Source: Treponemataceae bacterium
GTDB taxonomy: Bacteria; Spirochaetota; Spirochaetia; Treponematales; Rectinemataceae
Length of the DNA: 64,000 nucleotides
Direction of reading: 5' to 3'
NCBI GenBank assembly: GCA_963677895.2
Contig: CAXXGJ010000018.1
Location: 64,001-128,000 of the forward strand
In this document: in pieces, positions 9,631 through 19,344 of the stretch
Layout of the letters: every line of letters starts with the position of its first letter
Numbering within the stretch: position 1 is the stretch's first letter
Made by a program: the position numbers and the translations under genes
The notes under the pieces: generated by a model
What the model saw: the letters and a program-made list of their open reading frames with translations, nothing else
Told to the model about the DNA's origin: nothing
Database searches by the model: none

Positions 9631-9650
9631 AGGAAAGGTTTGGGGAAGGG

Positions 9651-11816
9651 TCAGAGCGAGTAGAGGAGATCCTCATAGCTGGGGATGGGCCAGTCGAATT
9701 TAGGCATAAGCCTTTCAAGCTCGTCGCAGACGCTGCGCAGGGAATCCATCCTCGGTACCACGGCATCGCGATAGGACTGCGCGCCCGCGAGGGAATCCTC
9801 GATTCGCTGCGCGTCGTTCAGGGCGATCTCCAGCCTGTCCGATTCGTCGATGAGATGACCCGTGAGCGAAGCCATGCGGCGAGCCCGCTGTTCCTGCGCC
9901 GCGCAGGGCGCCCCTACGGCGGCCAGGCTCGCCGCTTCGCGCGCATAGGTTTCGGCGCTCTTCGACGCGGCGGGGAAAATATAGCGTCTCGACATATCCA
10001 GGGCGACGCCCGCTTCGATATTCACCTGTTTTGCGTAGCGTTCAAGGTAGATGACGCAGCGGGATTCGGCTTCTTCCCTCGAGAGTATGCCGAGTCCGGA
10101 AAGCATGGATACGTTGGATTCCTCCATGAACTCGGGAATGGCTTCCACGGCCGACCTGAAGAAGGGCAGGCCGCGCGCCGCCGCTTCCTTTATCCATTCC
10201 GCCGAATACCCGTTTCCGTTGAAAACGACCCTCTTGTGAGCCTTCCACGCGGCGCCGGCGACGGCTATCGCGGCTTCGATCGGCGAGTCGCCTTTCGCTA
10301 TGGCTTTCTCGAGCTTTTCGCCGAAATCGGTGAGGCTCTCGGCGATCGCCGCGTTCAGCACCATGGAGGGAGTCGCCGCAGACTGGGAGGAAGCCACCAT
10401 CCTGAATTCGAATTTATTGCCCGTAAAAGCGAAGGGGCTCGTCCTGTTTCTGTCCGACACGTCCTTGGGCAGTTTAGGCAGGCTTTTCGCGCCCAATTCC
10501 ACAAGGCCGAGGGCGAGGTTGGGCTTTTTCTTTCCATTGGAGAGGGAGTCGAAGAGTTCGGTCAGCGAATCGCCGAGGAATACCGAAATGATGGAAGGGG
10601 GAGCCTCGTGGCCGCCCAGCCTTCTGTCGTTGCCGGCTGTCGAGGCTGAGGCCCGTATGAGGGCCGCCCTCGTATCGACCGCCTGGATCACGGCTACCGT
10701 GAAGAGGATGAATCGGGCTATGGCCTTCGACGTTTCCTCTCCCTCGGCGGAGAGCGCCTTGGCGGGTTCGAGGAGGTTGATGCCGGTGTTCGTGCATATC
10801 GACCAGTTGACGTGCTTGCCGGATCCGTTGACGCCGTCGAAAGGCTTCTCATGCATGAGCGCCGTCATGCCATGGCGTTCCGCTACCTTGCGGAGGGTCT
10901 CCATGACAAGCTGGTTGGCATCGGCGGCTATATTGGCCTGGGTGAAGATGACCGCGAGCTCGAACTGGTTGGGGGCAACCTCGTTGTGCTGGGTCTTGGC
11001 CGGAACGCCCATGGACCAGAGTTCCTTGTTCACTTCGCTCATGAAGGCCGCGACTTTTTCCTCGATGGCGCCGTAGTAATGGTCCTCCATCTCCTGTCCC
11101 TTCGCCGGCATCGAGCCGAAGACGGTTCTGCCGGTCAACACGAGATCGGGCCGTTTTCTGTAAAGCTCGGCGTTGACGAGGAAATATTCCTGCTCCGGCC
11201 CGACGGTCGGGAAGACCCTATCCACGTCGGTGTCGCCCAGGAGGTGGAGCACCTTCACGGCCGCCTTGCCAAGCGCTTCCATGGACCTGAGGAGCGGCAC
11301 TTTTTTGTCGAGAGCCTGTCCGTTGTATGAGACGAAGGCTGTCGGGATGCAGAGCGTTATGCCCTTGGGATTCGTTTTGAGAAAAGCGGGGCTTGTGACA
11401 TCCCAGGCCGTATAGCCGCGCGCCTCGAAGGTGGCGCGCAGGCCGCCTGAGGCGAAACTCGAGGCATCGGGTTCGCCCTTGACGAGTTCCTTCCCTGAAA
11501 ATTCCATTATGACGCCGCCGTCGGCGAGCGGTGAAACGAAAGATTCGTGCTTTTCTGCGGTAAGCCCCGAAAGCGGATGGAACCAATGAGTATAGTGCGT
11601 GGCGCCTTGTTCGGAGGCCCATTCCTTCATGGCCGCCGCGACGACCTCGGCTACTTCGAGGGTAAGCTCTTTCTTGCCGGTCTGCACGAGCAGGAGTTCG
11701 GAAAAGATGGAGCGGGGGAGTCGTTCTCGCAGGATATTGTTGGAGAAACAATGATTCCCGTAAAGGTCCGATAATCTTTCGACGGAGCGCGCCTTGTCGA
11801 GGTCAGGCTTTTCCAT
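9651..11816 (-). CDS. glnA: Glutamine synthetase type III
   Basis: 721 aa; THYTHWFHPL, AEKHE, GEPDASSF, HNEVAPNQFE, HEKPFDGVNGSGKH, DRNRTSPFAFTGNKFEFR (GSIII signatures). Confidence 0.95.
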   Translation of the reverse strand: MEKPDLDKARSVERLSDLYGNHCFSNNILRERLPRSIFSELLLVQTGKKELTLEVAEVVAAAMKEWASEQGATHYTHWFHPLSGLTAEKHESFVSPLADGGVIMEFSGKELVKGEPDASSFASGGLRATFEARGYTAWDVTSPAFLKTNPKGITLCIPTAFVSYNGQALDKKVPLLRSMEALGKAAVKVLHLLGDTDVDRVFPTVGPEQEYFLVNAELYRKRPDLVLTGRTVFGSMPAKGQEMEDHYYGAIEEKVAAFMSEVNKELWSMGVPAKTQHNEVAPNQFELAVIFTQANIAADANQLVMETLRKVAERHGMTALMHEKPFDGVNGSGKHVNWSICTNTGINLLEPAKALSAEGEETSKAIARFILFTVAVIQAVDTRAALIRASASTAGNDRRLGGHEAPPSIISVFLGDSLTELFDSLSNGKKKPNLALGLVELGAKSLPKLPKDVSDRNRTSPFAFTGNKFEFRMVASSQSAATPSMVLNAAIAESLTDFGEKLEKAIAKGDSPIEAAIAVAGAAWKAHKRVVFNGNGYSAEWIKEAAARGLPFFRSAVEAIPEFMEESNVSMLSGLGILSREEAESRCVIYLERYAKQVNIEAGVALDMSRRYIFPAASKSAETYAREAASLAAVGAPCAAQEQRARRMASLTGHLIDESDRLEIALNDAQRIEDSLAGAQSYRDAVVPRMDSLRSVCDELERLMPKFDWPIPSYEDLLYSL

Positions 11817-11863
11817 GATTTTCTCCTTGGAGGTAATGGGTAACGGAATATGTGAGTTAATAA

Positions 11864-11880
11864 AGCAAGTGTCGTGCCAA
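11864..11880 (-). promoter_or_regulatory. Sigma-54 (-24/-12) promoter of glnA
   Basis: Minus strand reads TTGGCACGACACTTGCT, an exact match to TGGCAC-N5-TTGC, about 50 nt upstream of the glnA ATG. Confidence 0.85.
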
Positions 11881-12005
11881 ATATGTTTTTTATTGTGCGA
11901 GTTTTTGCCTTTGATTGTATTTCCAGATCGAGCAGGGAGCTGCGCGCTGCCTTGGCATCTCGCGCTCCGCGAAGTGCGAGGAAAATTTCGCTGAATTTAA
12001 TTTAT

Positions 12006-12044
12006 ATTGCTACATATATGTAGTAATAGTTATAAAATACTACA
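12006..12044. promoter_or_regulatory. Candidate upstream activator sequence for the sigma-54 activator
   Basis: Palindrome CTACATATATGTAG (12010-12023) plus inverted TGTAGTA..TACTACA (12019-12044) in an AT-rich tract about 130-160 bp from the -24 box. Confidence 0.5.
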
Positions 12045-13596
12045 ATTTTGTCCGATAACTGCGATAGTCCAGCTTGTAATGCTGGAGGGCGAAGCGGAAT
12101 CGCCTTTCGGTTATGCCGAGACGGCGCGCCGCCGAAGCCGAATTGCCCCGTTCTATCTTCAGCGCCTCCACGAGCATTTCCTTTTCCAGCCTGGCGATGG
12201 CGCCGTCGAAGGTCGATATGGGCTCGGTGCCCGTGGAGCTGGCCGACTGGAGACTGGGCGGCAGGTTGTAGGAATGGATCACGCCGTCGGTGGAGACGAT
12301 TCCCGCGCGCGAGATGCAGTTTTCCAATTCCCGTACGTTGCCGGGCCAATGATAGATCATGAGCAGGTCGAGGGCCGGGCTGGATATCCGCTTGATGTGC
12401 CTGCCCGAAGCGGCCCCGAATTTCTCGGCGAAATAGTCGGCGAGGAGGAGTATATCGGCGCCCCTTTCCCTCAGGGGAGGCAGATGGATCGGAAAAACGT
12501 TCAGCCGGAAGAAGAGATCCTGCCTGAAATTGCCCGCTTTCACCTCCTCCAGGAGGTCGCGGTGGGTGGCGGTGAGTATCCTCGCGTTGGTTTTTATGGG
12601 TTTGTTCCCGCCCACGCGCTCAAAACTACGTTCTTGTAGGATTCTTAGCAGTTTTACCTGAACGGAGGGCGAGAGATCCCCGATTTCATCCAAAAAAAGC
12701 GTTCCGTCCCTGGCCGTTTCGAAGCGGCCCTGTCTCGAGGCGATGGCGCCGGTGAAGGCGCCCTTTTCGTGACCGAAGAGCTCGCTTTCGATGATGCTTT
12801 CGGGGAGGGCCGCGCAGTTGACGGCTACAAAAGGTCCTTCTGCCTTCGCGCTGCAGTCGTGTATGGCTCTTGCCACGAGTTCCTTTCCGGTTCCGCTTTC
12901 GCCCAGGATGAGGACGGTGGCATTGGTGCCCGACACTTGCTCTATCAACGTGAAGACTTCCTTCATTCGGTCAGAAGTTCCGATGATGCCGTGGAATGAT
13001 ACGCCCTGGACGCCTTCCGCTGCTTCCCTTGCTGGAGGATTCTTTTCGGCAGGTTTCTGTTCCGCCGGTTCTCTCTCCGCGTCAAGGTTCAGGTTCTTCG
13101 CTTTCTGGAGCAGATTTGCCCTGAGCCCCAGAGCCTCTTCCACGAGATAGCAGGTCCACTGCACCAGTTCGGCCGCCAGGGCTCTGCGCGCCGTCGGAAA
13201 ATCCGCTTCGAGGAGGAGGCTTATGGCTCCCGCGATCGTCTTTTCGTTCCAGATGGGCGCTTCGATGCAATATGTCCGCCTGTCCATATCGCAGACGACC
13301 AGTTCTTCCTTTTCAAGCGCTTTTCCGCAGGGGAAGCTCCCCATCCTTATCGGGGAATGGGCGTATCGATCCTGGGCAGCGGCGGGCGCGGCGGCGACTA
13401 TTTTCATGCTTTCGCCGGCCTTTCCAGTAAAGCCTATGATCGCTTCGCCGGGCGCGCAGGCTTCCGCGAGTTTTTGCGCGCAGAGGGGGAGGGCGGTCAG
13501 GGTCTCGCCGTGGAGGGAGAGAATTCTTTGTATCGAGAAGAGGACAGGCAGGTTTTCCGCGCTTGGCTGTTTCCTTAACGAACTCGTCGCCGCCAT
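12040..13596 (-). CDS. NifA-like sigma-54-dependent activator (degenerate GAF-like N-terminus, AAA+, Fis-type HTH)
   Basis: [41 protein letters not shown]-terminal AARRLGI; start ATG 13596 with SD GGAGG; no receiver domain. Confidence 0.9.
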   Translation of the reverse strand: MAATSSLRKQPSAENLPVLFSIQRILSLHGETLTALPLCAQKLAEACAPGEAIIGFTGKAGESMKIVAAAPAAAQDRYAHSPIRMGSFPCGKALEKEELVVCDMDRRTYCIEAPIWNEKTIAGAISLLLEADFPTARRALAAELVQWTCYLVEEALGLRANLLQKAKNLNLDAEREPAEQKPAEKNPPAREAAEGVQGVSFHGIIGTSDRMKEVFTLIEQVSGTNATVLILGESGTGKELVARAIHDCSAKAEGPFVAVNCAALPESIIESELFGHEKGAFTGAIASRQGRFETARDGTLFLDEIGDLSPSVQVKLLRILQERSFERVGGNKPIKTNARILTATHRDLLEEVKAGNFRQDLFFRLNVFPIHLPPLRERGADILLLADYFAEKFGAASGRHIKRISSPALDLLMIYHWPGNVRELENCISRAGIVSTDGVIHSYNLPPSLQSASSTGTEPISTFDGAIARLEKEMLVEALKIERGNSASAARRLGITERRFRFALQHYKLDYRSYRTKL

Positions 13597-13747
13597 GTAT
13601 TCCTCCATCCGTAATGATCCATTTTCCGCGGCCTTTGTCAATCGACGGCATGCGCCCGAGGAAGGGCGATGGTTTTCGCGGGCCTTGATTCGTTCGATGG
13701 AATCCGCATAAAGATCGAAAAATTTGAATATTTCGTGATTCTCCCCC

Positions 13748-13776
13748 TTGAAGTCGATCAAAATGCGTGATACGTT
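13748..13776 (+). promoter_or_regulatory. Sigma-70-type promoter for the riboswitch/dap operon
   Basis: TTGAAG, 17 nt, TACGTT with extended TG; predicted start about 13783 matches the riboswitch 5' end. Confidence 0.5.
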
Positions 13777-13782
13777 CGGTTT

Positions 13783-13962
13783 CACCGATGGAGGAGCGAT
13801 TCCCATCAGTACGGCGGCTGAGGGCTTGGGTCCCTGCGATGTCGCCCGAAAGGGGAGGATCGCCGAAGGGCAACAAGAGCACCCAAAGCTTTTGCCTTGG
13901 ACGACCGGGCTAATACCCGGCGGCTGTCGCGGGAATCCAAAACCCGCGGAGCGCCAGACGTA
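13783..13962 (+). ncRNA. Lysine riboswitch (L-box)
   Basis: Conserved blocks in the expected order: GAGGAGCG, ATCAGTA, GAAAGG, GCCGAA, TTGG, TAATA hairpin, GCTGTC, GGAGCGCCA; about 180 nt; directly upstream of asd-lysC-dap genes. Confidence 0.88.
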
Positions 13963-14041
13963 CGCCTTCTTCCCCTGATGCGGCATATCCGCAGCTTGTT
14001 GAAGAGCTACACATGGGCCTTTCTTCGGATTGGAGGCACAC

Positions 14042-15277
14042 ATGCGTGGCTTTCGATCCGTGGGGCGGAGCGGTATACACAACGCCGATTTCCGTATTTC
14101 CCCACAGAGCGATGATGAATCTCGGACAGTCTCTCCCGTTTCCTCCGGCTGCGTCACCAATAGTGACGGCGTCACTATTGGTGACGATGCCACTGGTCCC
14201 GAGCCCAGGTTGAGGGTGGCCGTGCTCGGCGCCACCGGCGTCGTCGGACAGCGCTTCGTACGCAGACTCGTGAATCACCCCCATTTCGAACTGGTCGCCC
14301 TGGCGGCGAGCGAGCGCTCGGTGGGCAAGGCGTATAAAGATGCGTGTACCTGGCACCTCGACGGCGAAGCTTTCGCCGGCTGCGGCGACTTCATCATCCA
14401 GGCCTGCGATCCGGAATCGGTGGACGCCGATCTTGTCTTTTCCGCCTTGGACGCCGAGCCCGCGCGCGAGATAGAGCCGGCCTTCGCGGCCGCCGGCGCC
14501 TTCGTGTTTTCGAACGCCAGCGCCTTCAGGATGGACGATGATGTCCCCCTGCTGATTCCCGAACTCAACGCTTCCCATCTTGGGATCCTGGAACGTCAGA
14601 AAGCCAACAGGGGCTGGAAAGGCGCCATAATCACCAACCCCAACTGCACGACGGTCGTCCTGGCGAGCGCCCTCGCCCCTCTCGACAGGGCTTTCGGCAT
14701 CGAAGCCGTCATGATGACGAGCATGCAGGCCATCTCGGGCGCGGGCTATCCGGGCGTGAGCGCCATGGATATTTCCGGCAACGTGATTCCCCATATCAGG
14801 AACGAAGAGCCCAAGGTCGAAGTCGAGGCGGACAAGATTCTGGGCCGGCTTCGGGGCAAAGGCCTCGAGGCCAGGCAGGAAGCGGCGGCTTTTCCGGTAT
14901 CCGCCACCTGCACGAGGGTTCCCGTCATCGAAGGCCATACGATAGCCGTTTCGGTCCGCCTCAAGGGGAACCCCACGGTCGCGGAGGTGGAGAAAGCCTT
15001 CAGGGACTTCGTGCCGGAAACCGCGGGCTTGAACTTGCACAGCGCCCCCGAGCGCTTCATAGTGGTAAGCGACAATCCCGACAGGCCTCAGCCCAAGCGG
15101 GATGTGGAGGTGGACGGCGGCATGCGCGTCACGATAGGGCGTATACGATCCTGCCCCGTGCTCGGCATCAAGTTCATCGCCCTCGGTCACAACACGGAAA
15201 GGGGCGCGGCTGGCGCCTCCGTCCTGAATGCTGAACTGGCCTATGCCAAGGAGGTGCTGCAATGGGTATCACGGTGA
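14042..15277 (+). CDS. asd: Aspartate-semialdehyde dehydrogenase (archaeal/eukaryote-like type) with ~55-aa N-terminal extension
   Basis: [21 protein letters not shown] (catalytic Cys), [37 protein letters not shown] before ATG 14042. Confidence 0.92.
   Translation: MRGFRSVGRSGIHNADFRISPQSDDESRTVSPVSSGCVTNSDGVTIGDDATGPEPRLRVAVLGATGVVGQRFVRRLVNHPHFELVALAASERSVGKAYKDACTWHLDGEAFAGCGDFIIQACDPESVDADLVFSALDAEPAREIEPAFAAAGAFVFSNASAFRMDDDVPLLIPELNASHLGILERQKANRGWKGAIITNPNCTTVVLASALAPLDRAFGIEAVMMTSMQAISGAGYPGVSAMDISGNVIPHIRNEEPKVEVEADKILGRLRGKGLEARQEAAAFPVSATCTRVPVIEGHTIAVSVRLKGNPTVAEVEKAFRDFVPETAGLNLHSAPERFIVVSDNPDRPQPKRDVEVDGGMRVTIGRIRSCPVLGIKFIALGHNTERGAAGASVLNAELAYAKEVLQWVSR
14152..14186. repeat. 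Perfect 35-bp palindrome inside the asd 5' extension
   Basis: CGTCACCAATAGTGACG-G-CGTCACTATTGGTGACG. Confidence 0.85.
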
Positions 15278-16695
15278 TGAAATTCGGCGGCGACGCGTTG
15301 GCGGATTCCGCCGGCATCCGTGAAATCGCCGACCGCGTACGGGAAGGCATCAGGGCGCCGGAAACGGCTGCCGCCCTTTCGGGCCAGGATAGCGTGCTCG
15401 TCGTGGTGTCCGCCATGGAAGGCGTGACCGATTCGCTTTTCCTCGCCGCGAGCGCGGCCAAGGACGCCGATCTTTCGGTGGCCAGGCGTGTCTGCGCCGC
15501 GCTTAGAAGCCGTCACCTGGAAGCCGCGCGCGAGCTGAAACCCGAGGGGAGCGCGGGCGCCGAGGCTGAAATCGAATCCATCGTAGTGGCCCTCGATTCT
15601 CGCCTTCAGGGCGTGCGGCTCGTCGGCGAGCTCAGCGACAGGAATATGGACGAAATCGCCACCGCGGGCGAGCGGCTCTGCAGCATATTGGTGGCGCTGG
15701 CGCTCGACGCCCCCTGCGTCGACGCGCGCACGATGCTGCGCACCGATTCCCGGTTCGGGCGAGCGAGACCCGACGTCGCGGCCACCGCGCGTCTCGTCGC
15801 CGAACGCCTCCTGCCTCTGCTGGAACCCGGACGCATAGCCGTGACTCAGGGCTATATCGGTTCCGACAGCCTCGGCAGCACCACGACCCTGGGGCGGGGC
15901 GGCTCCGACTATTCGGCGAGTCTCTTCGGGGCGGCCGTCAAAGCCTCGGAAATACAGATCTGGACGGATTCCGAAGGCATCCTCACCGGGGATCCCGAGG
16001 TCGTGCCCCAGGCTCGCACCGTGGACGTGCTCGGCTACGAGGAGGCCTCGGAACTGGTGGCTTTCGGCGCCAGAATCCTCCACCCGGCGACGATAAGGCC
16101 GGCGCTCGAGGCGGGCATTCCCGTCACCGTGCGCAGCGTGGCCAAACCCCAAGGCCTTTTCTCGACAATCAGGCCGGGAACTTCCAGCGGAAAGTCGGTG
16201 GTCGCCATAGCGATGCGCCGAAACGTGGCGGTGATTAGCGTTCGCCAAGAATTGATGATGGAGCAGGCCGGATTCCTCGCCTGCCTCTTCGCCGCCTTCG
16301 GACGACTCGGCGTCAGCGTCGATCTCGTTTCCACGTCCGAAATATGCGTTTCCATCTCCCTCGACATGGACGCCCCTCTCGACAAGATCTCGGCCGAGCT
16401 GGCCGAACTCGGCACCGTCGATATCATGAGGGACAGGGCGGTCATAGCCGTCGTGGGCGACATGCTCAAGGAAACGCCCGCCCTCCTGCGGAAAACCTTC
16501 GACGCCCTGGGCGATGTGGACATCGACATGCTGAGCATGGGCGCCAACGACATCAACCTCAGCCTCGTGCTCAAGGCCGAAGCGGCCGACCAGGCCCTAC
16601 GGCGTCTTCATGCCGCCTTTTTCGAGGGTTCGTCATCCGGCGTGTCGCCGGATGACGGCGCTTTCGGCACGAACCCGCCGAGGGAGGGATCATGA
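15262..16695 (+). CDS. lysC: Aspartate kinase
   Basis: VMKFGG, VVVSAMEGVTD, TTTLGRGGSDYSA, IWTD, FGARILHP; C-terminal ACT domains. Confidence 0.92.
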   Translation: MGITVMKFGGDALADSAGIREIADRVREGIRAPETAAALSGQDSVLVVVSAMEGVTDSLFLAASAAKDADLSVARRVCAALRSRHLEAARELKPEGSAGAEAEIESIVVALDSRLQGVRLVGELSDRNMDEIATAGERLCSILVALALDAPCVDARTMLRTDSRFGRARPDVAATARLVAERLLPLLEPGRIAVTQGYIGSDSLGSTTTLGRGGSDYSASLFGAAVKASEIQIWTDSEGILTGDPEVVPQARTVDVLGYEEASELVAFGARILHPATIRPALEAGIPVTVRSVAKPQGLFSTIRPGTSSGKSVVAIAMRRNVAVISVRQELMMEQAGFLACLFAAFGRLGVSVDLVSTSEICVSISLDMDAPLDKISAELAELGTVDIMRDRAVIAVVGDMLKETPALLRKTFDALGDVDIDMLSMGANDINLSLVLKAEAADQALRRLHAAFFEGSSSGVSPDDGAFGTNPPREGS

Positions 16696-17435
16696 GATTG
16701 GGCGTCTTCGGAAGAGGGCGGCTGGGCGGAGCCATCGCGACCGAAATAGCGCGGTACACGGCCGCTCCCGACGCTCTCGAACTGGCCTGGACCGAAGGCA
16801 GGGAAATGGGGCCGAGGACTCGCGTCGAGGTGGCCGTCGACGCGAGCAACGCCGCCGCCGTGGAGGAACACCTGGAATGGGCGCTCCGGAGCGGAACCGA
16901 TCTTGTCATCGCCACCACCGGCTGGAAAATTCCCGATTTGAACGAAAGAGTGGGCGGGCGCATCGGCGTCCTTGTGGCCTCCAACCTCAGCATGGGCGTC
17001 GCGCTCATGCGCCGACTCGCCCTCATGGTCGGAGCCTACGCGGCGATGGATCAGGATTCGGACATCGGCATCATCGAGCATCATCATAAAATGAAGCAGG
17101 ACGCGCCATCGGGCACGGCCCTCAACCTGGCGCTCGCGATCCAGTCCTCCTGTCCTCGCTATACGGGATGGAACATGGGATCCAACGAAAAAGACAAGAT
17201 AAACATGGCATCCCTGCGCACGGGCTACGAAATCGGGAGGCACGAACTCACCCTCGATTCGGCCTTCGAGACGCTGACCATTACCCATCGCGCCAAGGAC
17301 AGGCGGGTTTTCGCCTCCGGGGCGATGAGGGGAGCCACATGGATATGGGGACGCAAGGGCGTCTTCACTATGGACGATTTTGCCTCCGAGGAGTTCGGGG
17401 GAAGGAAGCCGGCGCGAAATCCGGCGGGAGCGTAG
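16692..17435 (+). CDS. dapB: 4-hydroxy-tetrahydrodipicolinate reductase
   Basis: GRGRLG, VIATTGW, SNLSMGV, EHHHKMKQDAPSGTA, HRAKDRRVFASGA. Confidence 0.9.
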   Translation: MRLGVFGRGRLGGAIATEIARYTAAPDALELAWTEGREMGPRTRVEVAVDASNAAAVEEHLEWALRSGTDLVIATTGWKIPDLNERVGGRIGVLVASNLSMGVALMRRLALMVGAYAAMDQDSDIGIIEHHHKMKQDAPSGTALNLALAIQSSCPRYTGWNMGSNEKDKINMASLRTGYEIGRHELTLDSAFETLTITHRAKDRRVFASGAMRGATWIWGRKGVFTMDDFASEEFGGRKPARNPAGA

Positions 17436-17436
17436 A

Positions 17437-18468
17437 ATGATTGCGAATACTGCTTTACATGGTTTAGGTGTCGCCGTGGCGACTCCTTTCGATGCCGAGG
17501 GCCGCGTGGATTTTCAGGCTTTCGGCCGGCTCCTGGATTTTTTAGCCGGGACGGGAACGAACTCCGGCGCGGGAGCGGGCGCGCGGGCTGCCTCGCGGGC
17601 AAACATGTCGTCGCCCCTGAGCGCGCCCGCTAAAACCGCGGCGGAATTTCAGGCGGCGGAGGGCGGGGGCTGCGATTTCCTTGTGGTGCTGGGCTCCACG
17701 GGCGAAGCCGCGACCGTCGAAGCCGACGAGCGGCGCGACATCATAAAATTCGCGGTCGAACACGCGCACGGGCTTCCCGTCGTCATCGGGACCGGCTCCA
17801 ACTCGACCGGAACCTGCGTCCGTCTGACGGCCGAAGCCGCTTCCCTCGGCGCCGACGCCGTGCTCGTGGTTACGCCCTTCTACAACAAGCCGACCCCCGA
17901 TGGTCTCGTGGCGCATTATTCTGCCGTCGCCGATGCGGCGGCCAAGGCCGCGGCCAACGCGGCGGGAAACGTGCCCATCGTCGTCTACAATGTCCCCGGA
18001 CGCACGGGGCTCAACCTCATTCCTTCCACGCTCGCGAGACTCTGGAAAATTCCGGGCATTCTCGCGGTGAAGGAGTCCTCGGGCAACCTCGCCCAAATTG
18101 GCGAAATCGCCAGGACGCTTCCCGAGGGCAAGATTCTCCTGTCGGGGGACGACGCGCTCGCGCTGCCTGCGTTGGCCGTAGGCGCCTCCGGACTCATCAG
18201 CGTGGCTGGCAACGTCCTTCCGCGACGTACTAAGGCAATGCTGGACGCGGCGATGGCCGGAAGGCGCGAGGAATCCATCGCGATCCACCAAGCCCTGCTT
18301 CCCTTCATGGACGCGCTCTTCCTCGAATCCAATCCCATCCCGCTAAAAGCCGCCCTCGCGCTCACCGGCCTCGCCGGCGAAACGCTTCGCCTGCCCCTGG
18401 CCCCTGCCTCGGGCGGGACCAGATCGGCCCTCGCCAAGGCTTTGAGTCCATTCCTGGAGGTGAAATGA
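17437..18468 (+). CDS. dapA: 4-hydroxy-tetrahydrodipicolinate synthase with low-complexity insertions
   Basis: VATPF, GSTGE, TPFYNKP, YNVPGRT, VKESSG, SGDD, NPIPLK. Confidence 0.92.
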   Translation: MIANTALHGLGVAVATPFDAEGRVDFQAFGRLLDFLAGTGTNSGAGAGARAASRANMSSPLSAPAKTAAEFQAAEGGGCDFLVVLGSTGEAATVEADERRDIIKFAVEHAHGLPVVIGTGSNSTGTCVRLTAEAASLGADAVLVVTPFYNKPTPDGLVAHYSAVADAAAKAAANAAGNVPIVVYNVPGRTGLNLIPSTLARLWKIPGILAVKESSGNLAQIGEIARTLPEGKILLSGDDALALPALAVGASGLISVAGNVLPRRTKAMLDAAMAGRREESIAIHQALLPFMDALFLESNPIPLKAALALTGLAGETLRLPLAPASGGTRSALAKALSPFLEVK

Positions 18469-19271
18469 TGAGCGGCGGCATAGCGGAAACCCTGGAGGCC
18501 GCCTTCCAGGAAAAGGGCTCGCTGGACGCGGGCGGCTGGGAATCCTTCCTCCAGGCCCTGGAATCGGGCGAACTGGCGGCTACCCGCCAGGATGAAAACG
18601 GCGAATGGCAGGCGGTCTCTTGGGTGAAGAAAGCCATACTTTCCGGATTCAAGGCCGGCGGACTGGCCGCCTGGGATTGGCCGGGAGGAGCTTTCGACAG
18701 GCCGGCCTTCCCTCCGCGCCGCTTTAAAGCCGAGGACGGCGTGCGCGTGGTACCCGGCGGAACCTCCTCGCGACGAGGCGCCCATATTGCTTCCGGCGTC
18801 GTCATCATGCCTCCGGCCTACATCAACGTGGGCGCCTACATCGGTTCGGGAACCATGGTGGACAGCCATGTCCTCGTCGGCTCCTGCGCCAGGGTGGGCG
18901 AACATGTCCATCTCTCCGCCGGCGTCCAGGTGGGAGGCGTGCTCGAGCCTCCCCAGGCGAGGCCCGTGGTCATCGAGGATGGAGCCTTCATAGGCGGCCT
19001 CTGCGGCATTTTCGAGGGAATCGTCATCAGGAAGAACGCCGTTCTGGCTCCCGGCACCATTCTTTCGAGGTCGACGCGGATATTCGATATAGTCAATGGA
19101 AGGGAATGGATAGGCGAGGTGCCCGAATCGGCGGTGGTCGTGCCTGGCGCCCGTCCCGCAAGGGGCGAATATGCCGTTTCGCAAGGGCTTTCCCTTCAGG
19201 CGCCTATCATCGTAAAGTATCGCGATAAAGGCACGGAAGCTTCGGTCGCCCTGGAATCCGCGCTGCGATGA
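18465..19271 (+). CDS. dapD: Tetrahydrodipicolinate N-succinyltransferase
   Basis: WVKKAIL, RVVPG, INVGAYI, MVDSHVLVGSCA, GGVLEPPQARPVVIED. Confidence 0.9.
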   Translation: MMSGGIAETLEAAFQEKGSLDAGGWESFLQALESGELAATRQDENGEWQAVSWVKKAILSGFKAGGLAAWDWPGGAFDRPAFPPRRFKAEDGVRVVPGGTSSRRGAHIASGVVIMPPAYINVGAYIGSGTMVDSHVLVGSCARVGEHVHLSAGVQVGGVLEPPQARPVVIEDGAFIGGLCGIFEGIVIRKNAVLAPGTILSRSTRIFDIVNGREWIGEVPESAVVVPGARPARGEYAVSQGLSLQAPIIVKYRDKGTEASVALESALR

Positions 19272-19344
19272 CATTCGCCCCTGAATCCGGTTCGCGCCAA
19301 AAGCCCTCCCGGAACGGGCCTCCCTGCCTTCATGGAGAAATGCT

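Noticed and set aside
9536..9766. Upstream extension of the 581-aa ORF
   Set aside because: It overlaps the glnA 3' end and its hairpin; the signal-like sequence and -10 point to ATG 9535.
9477..10649. 390-aa ORF antisense to glnA (similar long ORFs at 1983-2945, 30074-31729, 40193-41443, 55962-57632, 61719-63290)
   Set aside because: Shadow ORFs on the opposite strand of well-supported genes, expected at high GC; no motifs.
13597..14235. N-terminal extension of the 731-aa activator ORF
   Set aside because: It runs antisense across the lysine riboswitch and asd; a good SD precedes ATG 13596.
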